A stretch of DNA of 64,000 bases from Candidatus Hydrogenedentota bacterium. GTDB taxonomy: Bacteria; Hydrogenedentota; Hydrogenedentia; Hydrogenedentales; JAEUWI01. The notes below the pieces were generated by a model. The model saw nothing but the letters and a program-made list of their open reading frames with translations. It searched no databases and was not told the DNA's origin. Made by a program: the position numbers and the translations under genes. Below, piece by piece: positions 29,351 through 39,777 of this stretch (positions within the stretch are counted from its first letter, which is position 1; the number at the start of each line of letters is the position of its first letter). The DNA lies in the NCBI GenBank assembly GCA_034669905.1, contig JAXMOL010000015.1, positions 81,313 to 145,312 of the forward strand, written 5' to 3'.

Positions 29351-31894
29351 ATGTATGCTCTGCGGGGTAATGTAACTCGTTTAATTCTAACGGTTTGTCT
29401 GACTGCTCTACTCGCGGGCTGCCCCCTGAAAGGGGACAACGGACTTACCCTGATCTTGACACCAGCCTTTCTGGATTTCGGTGCCGATGAGGATGCCCTC
29501 ATTTTTCAGGTCCACCGTAATCTGACGAACTCGCCGGTTGAACCCGTGGTCGTCTCGTCCAGTCAGCCTTGGATCGTGCCCGAAACCTGCACCGCCGACT
29601 CGGACAATTGTCTGGGTTCCGGCATTGTAGACCGTATCCATATCCCCATTCGGGTGGATCGAACCAAGATGTTGCTGGGAACGAACCGGGGCGAGATTTT
29701 CGTCCGCACCGGCGGGGCCGCCGTTCAGAAACTGAATGTCTTCGCGGAAGATTCGCTGCTCGTGGACTTTCGCGTGAACAACCGCGCACCGGCCGTCGGC
29801 CAGGCGGTCCGCTTCGAAGACGCCTCCGAAAAGACCGCTGCCGCAGGCGATGTCCTTTCCCGCTTCTGGGACTTTGGCGATGGCACCACCAGCAGCGCGA
29901 CCGATCCGGCCCACGTCTACACGACACCGGGTCTCTACAGCGTAAGCCTGACGGTAACCACGACGAACAGCGAAGAGACCATCCGCAAAGCGGCCTGGAT
30001 TACCGTCGGCAGCCCGGCACCCACGACCGATTTCGAAGCGTCGGTTACGAGCATTTTTGAGGGTGACTCGGTTATCTTCACCGATCTTTCCACCAGCAGC
30101 ACCGAGCCGGTCACCAGCCGTCTGTGGACCTTCGGTGACGGACGGACCAGCACGGCGGCCCGGCCTGAGCACCAATACACCCAGGCTGGTGCTTACACCG
30201 TAACGTTGACCGTTACCACGGCCAATGCCACGCGCACCGAAACCAAGTCCAATTATATTATCGTGCAGCGCAAGGTAGCCCCCACGGCCGACTTCTCGGT
30301 GAATCCCTCCAGCCCCATCGCCCTGGCAACCGCCAATTTTGGCGACACTTCCGCGGTCGGCTCTTCGCCAATCCTGGAATGGTTCTGGAATTTCGGCGAC
30401 GGCACCACGAGCCGCGCCCAGAACCCGACCCACGCCTTTGCGGACGGGGGTAACTACAACGTCTCCCTGTCGGTCACCTCGGCCCACGGAAGCAACACGG
30501 TCACCAAGGTGGTCACGGTACGCACCATCGCACCCATCGCCTCCTTCAGCCCCAGCGATGTCAGCCCCTTCGTGCTGGAAGACGTAACGTTTACCAACAA
30601 CTCCATCGAGGGCTCTGCCCCCATCACCCAGTACATCTGGGAGTTCGGCGACGGTGCCAGCAGTGTGGAGGAAAACCCGACCCACTCGTATAACAGTGCC
30701 GGTGAGTTCACGGTGCGGTTGACGGTGGTCAGCGCCCATGGCTCCAACACGGCCAGCACCCGCATCCAGGTTTCCTTTATGCCCCCCACGGCGTCCTTCA
30801 CCGCTACCCCCCGCACCCCCAGCGTCGGGGAAGCAGTCCAGTTTATGGACGCCTCCACCCCCGGCACGGCGGCTGTCAATCAGTGGCTGTGGGACTTTGG
30901 GGACCCGGCCAGCGGATCGGACAATGCCAGCGCGGCGCAGAATCCCACGCACACCTACAACGCGGCAGGCTTCTACTCGGTTACCCTGACCGTAACGACC
31001 CCGGTGGCATCGAACAACACGGATACGTTGGTACGCACGGCCTATATCGAAGTTATCGAAGCGCCGACGCCCGGCTTCACCTCTGCCGTCACGAACGCGA
31101 ACACGCCCGACATCATCCAGTTCAGCAACACCACGGTGGCGGGCAGCGAGCCCATTACCAGCTATGTGTGGAACTTTGGGGACCCGGCCAGTGGCAACAA
31201 CAGCAGCACGGCCACGAACCCCACCCACCAGTTCAGCACGGAAGGCACCTTTACCGTCACCTTGACGGTACAGACCGCGTCCCGCTCGGTGACCGTCAGC
31301 AACATGGTGACGGTAGACTTCAATCCGCCGACAGTGGACTTTGATGTGGAGACCGTGGCCGACACCCCCCGGGAAGATATTCTGACCGACGGTGCCCTTA
31401 CGACGGAAACACTCCAGTTCAACAGCCTGGTAACCCTGGGCACGGAAACGGACACGACGCAGTTTACCTACGCCTGGAACTTTGGCGATGGCAACACCAG
31501 TGACCTGCAGGAGCCCACACACAGCTATGACAATGGTGGCTCCTATACCGTGACCTACACGGTTACGACGCCGACCGACGTTGTCACCGCTACGAAGACC
31601 ATCGAAGTGGACGAGCCCCCCTTGCCCGACTTCAACGCCCTGCCGCAGGTCGCGACGACCAGCACGAGCATCCAGTTCTTCGACCAGTCGGATGTCTCCA
31701 ACAGCCCGGCGATTGACAGCTGGCTGTGGAGCTTTGGCGACGACACCGTCAGCGTCTCCCAGAATCCGACCCACACCTATGCGGCCGCGGGAGATTACAC
31801 GGTCACCCTGACCCTTACCTTCACCCACTCGGCGACGGGAGCCATCCTGACGATTTCGGAGACCAAGACCGAGTTCATTACCGTCTCCCAGTAA
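29351..31894 (+). CDS. Lipoprotein with eight PKD domains
   Basis: AAGGAG before ATG 29351; lipobox LLAGC; eight WxFGD..NPxHxY..GxYxVxLTV repeats. Confidence 0.9.
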   Translation: MYALRGNVTRLILTVCLTALLAGCPLKGDNGLTLILTPAFLDFGADEDALIFQVHRNLTNSPVEPVVVSSSQPWIVPETCTADSDNCLGSGIVDRIHIPIRVDRTKMLLGTNRGEIFVRTGGAAVQKLNVFAEDSLLVDFRVNNRAPAVGQAVRFEDASEKTAAAGDVLSRFWDFGDGTTSSATDPAHVYTTPGLYSVSLTVTTTNSEETIRKAAWITVGSPAPTTDFEASVTSIFEGDSVIFTDLSTSSTEPVTSRLWTFGDGRTSTAARPEHQYTQAGAYTVTLTVTTANATRTETKSNYIIVQRKVAPTADFSVNPSSPIALATANFGDTSAVGSSPILEWFWNFGDGTTSRAQNPTHAFADGGNYNVSLSVTSAHGSNTVTKVVTVRTIAPIASFSPSDVSPFVLEDVTFTNNSIEGSAPITQYIWEFGDGASSVEENPTHSYNSAGEFTVRLTVVSAHGSNTASTRIQVSFMPPTASFTATPRTPSVGEAVQFMDASTPGTAAVNQWLWDFGDPASGSDNASAAQNPTHTYNAAGFYSVTLTVTTPVASNNTDTLVRTAYIEVIEAPTPGFTSAVTNANTPDIIQFSNTTVAGSEPITSYVWNFGDPASGNNSSTATNPTHQFSTEGTFTVTLTVQTASRSVTVSNMVTVDFNPPTVDFDVETVADTPREDILTDGALTTETLQFNSLVTLGTETDTTQFTYAWNFGDGNTSDLQEPTHSYDNGGSYTVTYTVTTPTDVVTATKTIEVDEPPLPDFNALPQVATTSTSIQFFDQSDVSNSPAIDSWLWSFGDDTVSVSQNPTHTYAAAGDYTVTLTLTFTHSATGAILTISETKTEFITVSQ

Positions 31895-31910
31895 TCCAGA
31901 CCCATTCTGT

Positions 31911-31941
31911 AAGCCCCTCCCCATCGGGAGGGGCTTTTTTT
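31911..31941 (+). terminator. Intrinsic terminator
   Basis: AAGCCCCTCCC-CATC-GGGAGGGGCTT followed by a T run, 16 bp after the PKD gene stop. Confidence 0.9.
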
Positions 31942-32116
31942 GTTCCAACGGCGACCGGGTCGACGTGGCAACGGCGGGAGCCCACCGTTGTCGACGACGC
32001 CAACCACGGCATCGTGCCCGCCCCCGAAGGCCCTCCTTCCCCGGGCACACTTGGCCCAAGGCCCCACGGGCGAATTTTCCACGGGACGGGACAGCGCCGA
32101 AGCCGTGGTCAGAACA

Positions 32117-32146
32117 TTGACTTGGCTTTTCAGTGCGTGCTATGAT
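32117..32146 (+). promoter_or_regulatory. Putative sigma70 promoter upstream of nadX
   Basis: TTGACT, 18-bp spacer, TGn-TATGAT. Confidence 0.55.
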
Positions 32147-32266
32147 TTGCAAGTTTCACGTATCCAATTCGGATGCCGTACACCCCTCTCTGACGGAATC
32201 AATGGGGTGACGTGTCTATAATCGCCCCTGTTTCGGGGTCAATAACTGAAGATTGAGAGGAGCACC

Positions 32267-33085
32267 ATGACCAAGATGAAAATCGGTTTGGTCGGGTGCG
32301 GAAATATTGGCGCAGATATCTGCATCGCCTTGCAGAAAGGCAACATCCCTGCAGAGATTACCGCGCTGACCGACGTAGACGAAGAACGGGCGGGAGTCCT
32401 TCTTCGAACGTTTCAATTGAACGCCCGGATATGCACCCTGGATGAACTGGCTGCGGAAGTCGACTTCATTGTCGAATGCGCCGTGGGCAGTGCAGTGGGT
32501 GATGTCATCGAAGCGGCCATGACGCACCAGAAAGACTGTCTGGTCATGAGCGTGGGTGGCTTGATGGCCCTCCGCGACGAATTGCAACGGGCCGAGAAAC
32601 GTGGTATTCAGGTACGCATTCCGTCGGGAGCCCTGTGTGGGCTGGACGGCATTCGCGCTGCGATGGAGGGTGGTCTTCACATGGTCACCCTGACGACTCG
32701 CAAGCCCCCGGAAGGGTTGGCCGGTGCGCCGTACCTGGTAGAAAACAATATTGATGTAGACAATTTAACCGAGCCGAAGGTCGTTTTCGAGGGCACTGCC
32801 CTGGAAGCGGTTCAGGCGTTTCCTGCCAACGTGAATGTGGCGGGGGCCCTGAGCCTGATTGGTATCGGACCAGAAGAAACGAAGGTTTGCGTAATCGCCG
32901 ACCCGAACGCAACGATGAACAGCCACGAAGTGGACGCAGAAGGTGCCTTTGGCAGCCTGAAGACGATCACGACCAACCTGCCATCGCCCCGAAATGCGAA
33001 GTCGAGCTATCTGGCTTCGCTCTCTGCCAGTGCAGAGTTACGGGCAGCAGCCATGGCCTTCAGTCGTCGCTGTATCGAGGCGTAG
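32267..33085 (+). CDS. nadX: L-aspartate dehydrogenase
   Basis: GLVGCGNIG Rossmann motif, VECA, MSVG, PSGALCGLD, TTRKPP, FPANVNVA, N.HE, NAKSSYLA. Confidence 0.9.
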   Translation: MTKMKIGLVGCGNIGADICIALQKGNIPAEITALTDVDEERAGVLLRTFQLNARICTLDELAAEVDFIVECAVGSAVGDVIEAAMTHQKDCLVMSVGGLMALRDELQRAEKRGIQVRIPSGALCGLDGIRAAMEGGLHMVTLTTRKPPEGLAGAPYLVENNIDVDNLTEPKVVFEGTALEAVQAFPANVNVAGALSLIGIGPEETKVCVIADPNATMNSHEVDAEGAFGSLKTITTNLPSPRNAKSSYLASLSASAELRAAAMAFSRRCIEA

Positions 33086-33182
33086 ACGGCACCTTTCGTG
33101 CCCGACATTCAGCTTTAACGAAACAGTTTAAGACCCTGCAGCACACGGTTGCCTGCAGGCATACAGGAAATGGAGAGAAACC

Positions 33183-33494
33183 ATGTACGCTGTAGTGGTT
33201 ACCGGCGGAAAGCAATACAAGGTCGCTGAAGGCGATCGGCTTCGGGTGGAAAAAATTAACACCCCCGTGGGCGAACAAGTAGAGCTGGACAACGTCTGCC
33301 TGCTCGTCAAGGAAGACGGTATTGTCGCCGAGCCGGATGCCCTGAGCGGTGCCCGGGTTGTCGCCGAAGTCACGGCCGAAGGCAAGCGCAAGAAAATCAA
33401 AGTGTTCAAGAAGAAGCGGCGCAAAAATTACATGCGCACCTATGGACACCGGCAGCAGTACAGCGAAATCACGATTCGCGCAATCAAAGCATAA
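33183..33494 (+). CDS. rplU: 50S ribosomal protein L21
   Basis: MYAVVVTGGKQYKV..KKKRRKNY..GHRQ. Confidence 0.98.
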   Translation: MYAVVVTGGKQYKVAEGDRLRVEKINTPVGEQVELDNVCLLVKEDGIVAEPDALSGARVVAEVTAEGKRKKIKVFKKKRRKNYMRTYGHRQQYSEITIRAIKA

Positions 33495-33509
33495 GGGAGT
33501 AGTTATCTC

Positions 33510-33770
33510 ATGGCACACAAAAAAGCAGGCGGTAGTTCCCGCAACGGTCGCGACAGTGAGTCCAAACGCCTTGGCGTAAAGCGTTACGGCGGCCAGAAGG
33601 TCATCGCCGGTAACATTATCGTGCGTCAGCGTGGCACCAAGTTCGCTGCCGGTAAGAACTGCGGTCTTGGCAACGATCACACCCTCTTCGCCCTCTCCGA
33701 CGGCGTAGTACAGTTTCGCTTTTTCAAGAAAGGTCGTCAGTGCGTTGATATTGTTCCCGTTGCGGAATAA
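33510..33770 (+). CDS. rpmA: 50S ribosomal protein L27
   Basis: [22 protein letters not shown]. Confidence 0.99.
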   Translation: MAHKKAGGSSRNGRDSESKRLGVKRYGGQKVIAGNIIVRQRGTKFAAGKNCGLGNDHTLFALSDGVVQFRFFKKGRQCVDIVPVAE

Positions 33771-33794
33771 TTGACACCCTGCACCCCGATTACC

Positions 33795-35051
33795 ATGTTT
33801 GTCGATCGTGTTCGAATTAAAGTAATCGGTGGTCGCGGTGGCGATGGCTGCTGCAGTTTTAGAAAAGAAGCATACGTCCCCCTCGGCGGCCCCGATGGTG
33901 GAGACGGAGGAAATGGCGGCGATATTATTATCGCTGCCGCTTCTCGTTTAACGAGCCTGACGGACCTCCGCTACCATCCCCAGTGGAAGGGCAACCGGGG
34001 CACCCATGGTAAGGGCAAAGCCCTCCATGGCCGTGGTGGCAAGCCGACCGTCATCCACGTGCCCTGTGGGACGGTGATCCGCGATTTTGAAACGGGAGAG
34101 TTTCTGGCGGATCTGACAGAAGACGGCCAGACCTTTTGCGCGGGTGAGGGCGGCAAAGGCGGCAAGGGCAACCCCCGCTTTGTCACCGCCACCAACCGGG
34201 CCCCGCGCTTTGCAGAGCGGGGTGAACCCGGTGAAGAGCGGGAATATCAGCTGGAGCTGAAGCTCATTGCGGAGGTCGGCTTCGTCGGACTGCCCAATGC
34301 CGGCAAGTCCACCTTGCTCTCGGCCATTTCGGCCGCGAGCCCCAAGATTGGTGCCTACCCCTTTACCACCATCACGCCCAATCTCGGCATTGTGCCCCTG
34401 AGTGATTACCGGACGCTGGCCGTGGCCGACATTCCGGGCATTATCGAGGGCGCATCCGATGGGAAAGGACTGGGCCACGATTTCCTGCGCCACATTGAGC
34501 GCACCCAGGTGCTCCTCTATCTCATCGATTGTGGCGATGAGAACCCGGAAGAGACGCTCCGCACCCTGCAGGGGGAACTGCGACAACACAGTGACGTCTT
34601 CGAAGACCGTCCCTACCTGGTCGCGCTGAACAAGATCGATATCACCGAAAACCGGGAAATGACCGCCGACCTGTCGACCCGTTTTCCCAAAGCCCACTTT
34701 ATTTCCGGGGCCACGGGCGAGGGCATCCCCGATATGATCGAAGCCCTCTGGCAAATGGTGGACCGCGTCCGTCGTGAAGTGGCGGAGAATCCCGAGCCGG
34801 AACCCCCGGAACGGGAATACACCTACGTAGCGCCTTTTGAAGTCGAGACCATACCCAATGGCTATCGCATCGTGGGGCAACGCCCCATTCGCACCGTGCG
34901 CATGACCGACTTCAGCAATCCGGAAGCGGTGGTACACCTTCAACAGGTACTTGAGAAAATGGGTGTCTTTCGTGCCCTCAAACGATTGGGGGCTGAGGAA
35001 GGCCAGACCATCGTCATCGGTGATCTGGAACTTGAGTATCATCCCGACTAA
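33795..35051 (+). CDS. obgE: GTPase ObgE/CgtA
   Basis: MFVD start, Gly-rich Obg fold, GLPNAGKST, YPFTT, DIPG, NKID, C-terminal OCT-like domain. Confidence 0.98.
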   Translation: MFVDRVRIKVIGGRGGDGCCSFRKEAYVPLGGPDGGDGGNGGDIIIAAASRLTSLTDLRYHPQWKGNRGTHGKGKALHGRGGKPTVIHVPCGTVIRDFETGEFLADLTEDGQTFCAGEGGKGGKGNPRFVTATNRAPRFAERGEPGEEREYQLELKLIAEVGFVGLPNAGKSTLLSAISAASPKIGAYPFTTITPNLGIVPLSDYRTLAVADIPGIIEGASDGKGLGHDFLRHIERTQVLLYLIDCGDENPEETLRTLQGELRQHSDVFEDRPYLVALNKIDITENREMTADLSTRFPKAHFISGATGEGIPDMIEALWQMVDRVRREVAENPEPEPPEREYTYVAPFEVETIPNGYRIVGQRPIRTVRMTDFSNPEAVVHLQQVLEKMGVFRALKRLGAEEGQTIVIGDLELEYHPD

Positions 35052-35127
35052 GGCCCATACTACGTCGCAACTGATGGCCCCTGGCGCGCCGCCTGCCGCG
35101 TTGCGTGTTCAAATAGAATGCTGACGA

Positions 35128-36255
35128 ATGACCTTTGACCCTGACACCCTGGATACACTCGTATTAAAAATTGGTACCAGCCTGTTGAGCGGTCGACTGG
35201 CCTTCGACGGACATGTGATGGAGTCGGTCGTCAAGGAGTTGTGTCTGCTGAAACAACAGCACGACATCAACGTCCTGATTGTCAGTTCGGGTGCGGTCGG
35301 CTGTGGCATGAAAACCCTCAACCTGACGCAACGCCCCGAATCCCTGCCCGCCAAACAGGCCGTGGCCGCAGTCGGTCAGGCGACCCTTATGCACTACTAC
35401 GAGACCCTCTTCATGACCTATGGCGAGGGGCTCCACACCGCCCAGGTACTCCTGACCCTTCGTGATCTGGACCAGCGGGACAGCTACCTCAATGTGCGCA
35501 ACACCATCCGCAATCTCTTCCAGATGAAATCTGTAATCCCCATCGTGAACGAGAACGATTCTACGGCGGTGGATCAATTGCGCTTTGGCGATAACGATAC
35601 CTTGTCTGCAAAAATCGCGGCCAAGCTGAGCGCCGGGCTACTGGTTATTCTCAGTGATGTGGACGGGCTCTACGCGGGCAATCCACAGAAAGATCCGGAC
35701 GTGGCGCACATACCCGTCGTCAACGAAATAACCTCCACCATCGAGGAATACGCGGGCGGTGCAGGCACCTTGACTGGCACAGGGGGCATGCGGACCAAGA
35801 TCGAAGCCGCACGTATTGCCATGGCCGCTGGCGTACCCACCATCATCGCCGATGGACACACCCCGGAGATCGTCCGAAATATCCTCTCCGGCACGGCACG
35901 ATGCACCCTGTTCCAGCCCGGAGAAGCTGCCCTGTCCCACCGCAAGCGGTGGATTGCTTTTGGCCGAAAGATTTCGGGTACCATCCGCATCGATTCCGGG
36001 GCCTGCGATGCGATTCTGCAGCAGGGGAAAAGTCTCCTGGCAGCGGGCGTTGTGGCCACCATCGGCGCCTACCGGGAAGGGGATTCGGTGGAGATTCAGG
36101 ACCAGTCCGGGATTCCCATTGCCCGGGCACTCGTGAATTACTCGAGCGATGAGGTCAACCAAATCATGGGCCGCAAGAGCCATGAGATCGTGGCCATCGT
36201 GGGCGGCAAATCCCACGTCGAGATTGTCCACCGCGACAACCTCGTCATCATCTGA
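35128..36255 (+). CDS. proB: Glutamate 5-kinase with PUA domain
   Basis: KIGTS, VSSGAV, AAVGQ, NENDS, FGDNDTLS, GTGGMRTK, SLLAAGV, HRDNL. Confidence 0.97.
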   Translation: MTFDPDTLDTLVLKIGTSLLSGRLAFDGHVMESVVKELCLLKQQHDINVLIVSSGAVGCGMKTLNLTQRPESLPAKQAVAAVGQATLMHYYETLFMTYGEGLHTAQVLLTLRDLDQRDSYLNVRNTIRNLFQMKSVIPIVNENDSTAVDQLRFGDNDTLSAKIAAKLSAGLLVILSDVDGLYAGNPQKDPDVAHIPVVNEITSTIEEYAGGAGTLTGTGGMRTKIEAARIAMAAGVPTIIADGHTPEIVRNILSGTARCTLFQPGEAALSHRKRWIAFGRKISGTIRIDSGACDAILQQGKSLLAAGVVATIGAYREGDSVEIQDQSGIPIARALVNYSSDEVNQIMGRKSHEIVAIVGGKSHVEIVHRDNLVII

Positions 36256-36266
36256 AGCCCGACCAC

Positions 36267-38522
36267 TCAGTCTTTCAGCACATCCGGCATCGGCGGACCG
36301 TCATAGGGAGCCGCCCCCAATCCTGCCGGAAAGTCCGACACCGTCAGCAGGGCCGGATCCGTCGTCTCCGGTGCCAGAATCATCCCGAAGTAGCGCCCCA
36401 TCCAATAGGCGTCCAGCCAGCCCGACGGATCGACGACCACCCGGCCAGCATGGCCACCCTTCATTTCCATGGACGAATCCGTCCATCGGATGGGGCCCCG
36501 TGAGCGGGGTGAAAAAGGACGTCCGCCACCGGCATAGGGCAGGTACCCATCGGGCGGCAATCGGTCAGAACGGTAGGTATTGTCCCAGTCGTGACTGACC
36601 AGATCCAGTGGCCATTCCCGAAGGTGGCGGATCGCTGCGGTGGTTTCGCAGTCATTTCCCGTCAGGGCGCCGTAGATGAAGTTGAACCAGGGGATTTGCT
36701 CGATGCGTTCAATTTCATAGCTGCGCGCCAGGCTCCGGACGTAGAAACTACGCAGGTAGGGATCGGTCTCGTATTGAATGAGGGGGTAGTAGACATAGAA
36801 AGCCAGGCGATCGTCGGAGTGAAACAAATAGCCCGGTGCCAGCAGCTTCTGTTGAATGACTTCCCGATGGTAGCCCCGGCCAACCAGCTCCGCCAGCCCC
36901 TCCTCAAACTTGGCGTCGCCCGTAATATGGATGGCCGTCCGCAGGTAGCTCAGAATTTCGAGGCCATTTAGCCCCCGGGCGTAGCTCCCTTTTTTGCTCG
37001 CGAAGTATTCCGGATCCCAACGCGCCCACACGGTGGGCTTGCCATCCACGTCCCGTAGCACCCAGCCATTGTCCATGATATGGTTCATCATGCGGCGAAC
37101 ATGGTCGCGAACCTGAATTTTCTCCGCCTCGTTGGCCACCAGATCGTAAAACACACTCGCATAATAGAACTGCGCATCCGTCTCGTCGCTGGACGTGTCC
37201 CCTTTCCAGGCCCACCTCCCGTCCGCCGTCGGGTTCCACTCTGCGGGATAGCCCCCCGACCCACCCTGGGCCTGGTTGCCCGTCTCCCCCACCGCCCATA
37301 CCGAGCGTGCGGGAAAACCGTCGATGGAAGTAATCTCTTCGGACCACTTCATGGCATTGAACCCCGCTACGGCCTCCGCACGGGCGGTCTCGTCCCCCGT
37401 GGCCCCATACTTGAAGGCCTGGGAAGCCCAATAGTGGGTACTCCACCCCACGTCGTTGTCGCTCACCTCCCGCACCCACCGATTGTGAGCTTCATCCCAC
37501 TCCAGCTTGTGCACAAAGGCCATCCGTTTCTGTCCCCAGGCCGTGAGGTGTCTGGTGTAGTAATCGGCCTTCTTTTCCAAGGTGTAGGGCACATAACGTA
37601 TCACACCGACCCCCGTATTGGTCCCGATATAGACACTATCATCATGGGCGACGATGGCATTCACATGATCGTCAGATAACCAACGGGGTCCCGCGAAATA
37701 GTGAAAGTCATCGCCCACAACCCGAATCGCGCCGTGGGTCGTCCCCACCCAGAAATCCCGGTCGAGTCCGTGGGCCAGGGTGAGGCACTCTTCGTGGGGC
37801 AGGCCATCGGAGCCGAGCACCTGGGTCGCCGCCGTCCCCCGCAGTACCCCCAGCCCGGCATGGGACGCCACGTACAAGCGACTGCCCACGGCGAGGGTTG
37901 CACGCAGATCTTTGGACGGAAAGGCGCCGAATTCCACCACATCCTGATGGTTGAAGGTCCGGCCGTCAAAGGTAAACAGACGGTCGTAGGCGAGGCAGTA
38001 CAGGGTCTCCGAATAGACAGAAAGCCCTTGTATGGGACCCGGACTGGACCCGCCGCCGGGCAGGACGCCCAACCGGTCTCCTTCGGCACGGTACAAGCCA
38101 CTGGGCGACGCGACGACGGTCTGCCCCGCAAAGGCGACGACATCGACAAATCGGCCTTCTGCCATTCGGGTCCAGCCGTTCTCGTCGAAGCGATACAGCG
38201 CCTCTTTGCCAATCACCCAGAGCGCATCGCCGAGGGTGCGCATGCGTTCCACGTAGTCCGCCGGTCCGTCGGCCAGGGCTTCCCATTGGCCTTCGGAGTT
38301 TAGTTTCCGCACCCCGTCACCAAATCCGGCATAGAGGGTCCCGTCCAGAACGGCCAAGGCCCACACGGGTTTCTCCGTGGGCAGGATATGCCCCACTTCC
38401 TGCTGATAGACGGCATCCTGTATAGGTTTCCAGTAGGGCGTTGCTTCCGACTGGGCTTCGGCGCTTCGGACACCCAGGAGGGCGCACACGACTCCCAGCC
38501 ACACACCACAGATACGCTTCAT
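36267..38522 (-). CDS. Secreted hypothetical protein; beta-propeller-like N-terminal half, helical C-terminal half
   Basis: 751-aa ORF, signal peptide ending AEA, repeated LWV/LYV/FWVGT..G propeller-type segments. Confidence 0.75.
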   Translation of the reverse strand: MKRICGVWLGVVCALLGVRSAEAQSEATPYWKPIQDAVYQQEVGHILPTEKPVWALAVLDGTLYAGFGDGVRKLNSEGQWEALADGPADYVERMRTLGDALWVIGKEALYRFDENGWTRMAEGRFVDVVAFAGQTVVASPSGLYRAEGDRLGVLPGGGSSPGPIQGLSVYSETLYCLAYDRLFTFDGRTFNHQDVVEFGAFPSKDLRATLAVGSRLYVASHAGLGVLRGTAATQVLGSDGLPHEECLTLAHGLDRDFWVGTTHGAIRVVGDDFHYFAGPRWLSDDHVNAIVAHDDSVYIGTNTGVGVIRYVPYTLEKKADYYTRHLTAWGQKRMAFVHKLEWDEAHNRWVREVSDNDVGWSTHYWASQAFKYGATGDETARAEAVAGFNAMKWSEEITSIDGFPARSVWAVGETGNQAQGGSGGYPAEWNPTADGRWAWKGDTSSDETDAQFYYASVFYDLVANEAEKIQVRDHVRRMMNHIMDNGWVLRDVDGKPTVWARWDPEYFASKKGSYARGLNGLEILSYLRTAIHITGDAKFEEGLAELVGRGYHREVIQQKLLAPGYLFHSDDRLAFYVYYPLIQYETDPYLRSFYVRSLARSYEIERIEQIPWFNFIYGALTGNDCETTAAIRHLREWPLDLVSHDWDNTYRSDRLPPDGYLPYAGGGRPFSPRSRGPIRWTDSSMEMKGGHAGRVVVDPSGWLDAYWMGRYFGMILAPETTDPALLTVSDFPAGLGAAPYDGPPMPDVLKD

Positions 38523-38703
38523 TTTCAGGCTCCTTTTCCCTATGCTATCGGGTTACCAGGTGCCCCTCCCCACATTCAACAGCCGTTACCACAGCTCCTT
38601 ATCCTGACGAAAGGATCGCCAGGCCACGATTAGTGCCACGGCGCATTTAAATAGCCCCACCAAGTACGTTAGCATAGCAAAAACTTGGCAGAGGAGTCCG
38701 CCT

Positions 38704-39759
38704 GTGAAATTTGATCCTGTTCGCTGGGACGGGGGCACGTTGACCATTATCGATCAGACACAGTTGCCCACCCGACTCGAATACATTTCCCTCGATACGC
38801 TGGATGCGGTGTGGGATGCTATCAAGCAACTCAAAGTCCGCGGCGCCCCCGCAATCGGCGTGTGTGCGGCCTTTGGCGTGCTGGTGGGCCTTCGACAGCG
38901 TCGACCCGCCACCCTTCAGGCGGCGCGCCACGCGGTCACGGTCATCGCCGATCACCTGGCCACCACCCGCCCCACGGCGGTCAATCTTTTCTGGGCCCTC
39001 GACCGTATGCGGGCCGTCTCGGTATCCGGAGGCGACGACGATGCACCGGTCCGTTACCAGGAAGCCCTGGAGCAGGAAGCCTGTGCCATCTTCGAAGAAG
39101 ACCAGGCCCTTGGTCGGCGCATTGGCGAGGTCGGCGCACCCCTCATCCCGGAGGGGGCGGGCGTGCTAACCCACTGCAATGCCGGTGGCCTGGCCACTTC
39201 CGGCTATGGCACCGCCCTCTCGGTCATGTTCCAGGCCCATGAAGCCGGACGGCGTTTTCGGGTCTATGCAGACGAAACCCGACCGCTCTTGCAAGGCGCC
39301 CGGCTCACCACCTGGGAATTGCAGCAGACCGGCATTGATGTGACCCTGATTTGCGACAACATGGCAGCCCAGGTCATGCGGGAAGGGAAAGTCGATCTGG
39401 TGATTGTGGGCGCCGATCGTGTCGCGGCCAATGGCGACGCGGCCAACAAAATCGGTACCTACGGGGTTGCGGTCCTGGCGAAGGCCCACAACATTCCCTT
39501 CTATGTGGCGATCCCCCGATCCACCCTGGACCGTAGCCTTCCCAATGGGTCGGCCATCCCCATCGAGGAACGTGCCGCCGAGGAGATCACCCACGGTTTT
39601 GGCCTCCAGACCGCCCCCGACGGCGTCTCCGTATACAATCCCGCATTTGATGTGACACCTGCTGCGCTAATCACCGGTATAATTACGGAATCCGGTATTC
39701 TGTCGCCACCCTTTACGCAGGTTCTTAACCCCAATCCTCCCGAGCAGGTGGATTCCTGA
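38704..39759 (+). CDS. mtnA: S-methyl-5-thioribose-1-phosphate isomerase
   Basis: VRGAPAIG, RPTAVNL, LTHCNAGGLAT, ETRPLLQGARLT, GADR, NKIGTY, NPAFDVTP. Confidence 0.96.
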   Translation: MKFDPVRWDGGTLTIIDQTQLPTRLEYISLDTLDAVWDAIKQLKVRGAPAIGVCAAFGVLVGLRQRRPATLQAARHAVTVIADHLATTRPTAVNLFWALDRMRAVSVSGGDDDAPVRYQEALEQEACAIFEEDQALGRRIGEVGAPLIPEGAGVLTHCNAGGLATSGYGTALSVMFQAHEAGRRFRVYADETRPLLQGARLTTWELQQTGIDVTLICDNMAAQVMREGKVDLVIVGADRVAANGDAANKIGTYGVAVLAKAHNIPFYVAIPRSTLDRSLPNGSAIPIEERAAEEITHGFGLQTAPDGVSVYNPAFDVTPAALITGIITESGILSPPFTQVLNPNPPEQVDS

Positions 39760-39777
39760 AAGCGCGCTCTAACACCC

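Noticed and set aside
29408..32152. 914-aa antisense ORF
   Set aside because: Shadow of the PKD lipoprotein gene.
33086..33182. L21 leader RNA
   Set aside because: A CCTGCAG..CTGCAGG hairpin is present but is not enough to assign the family.
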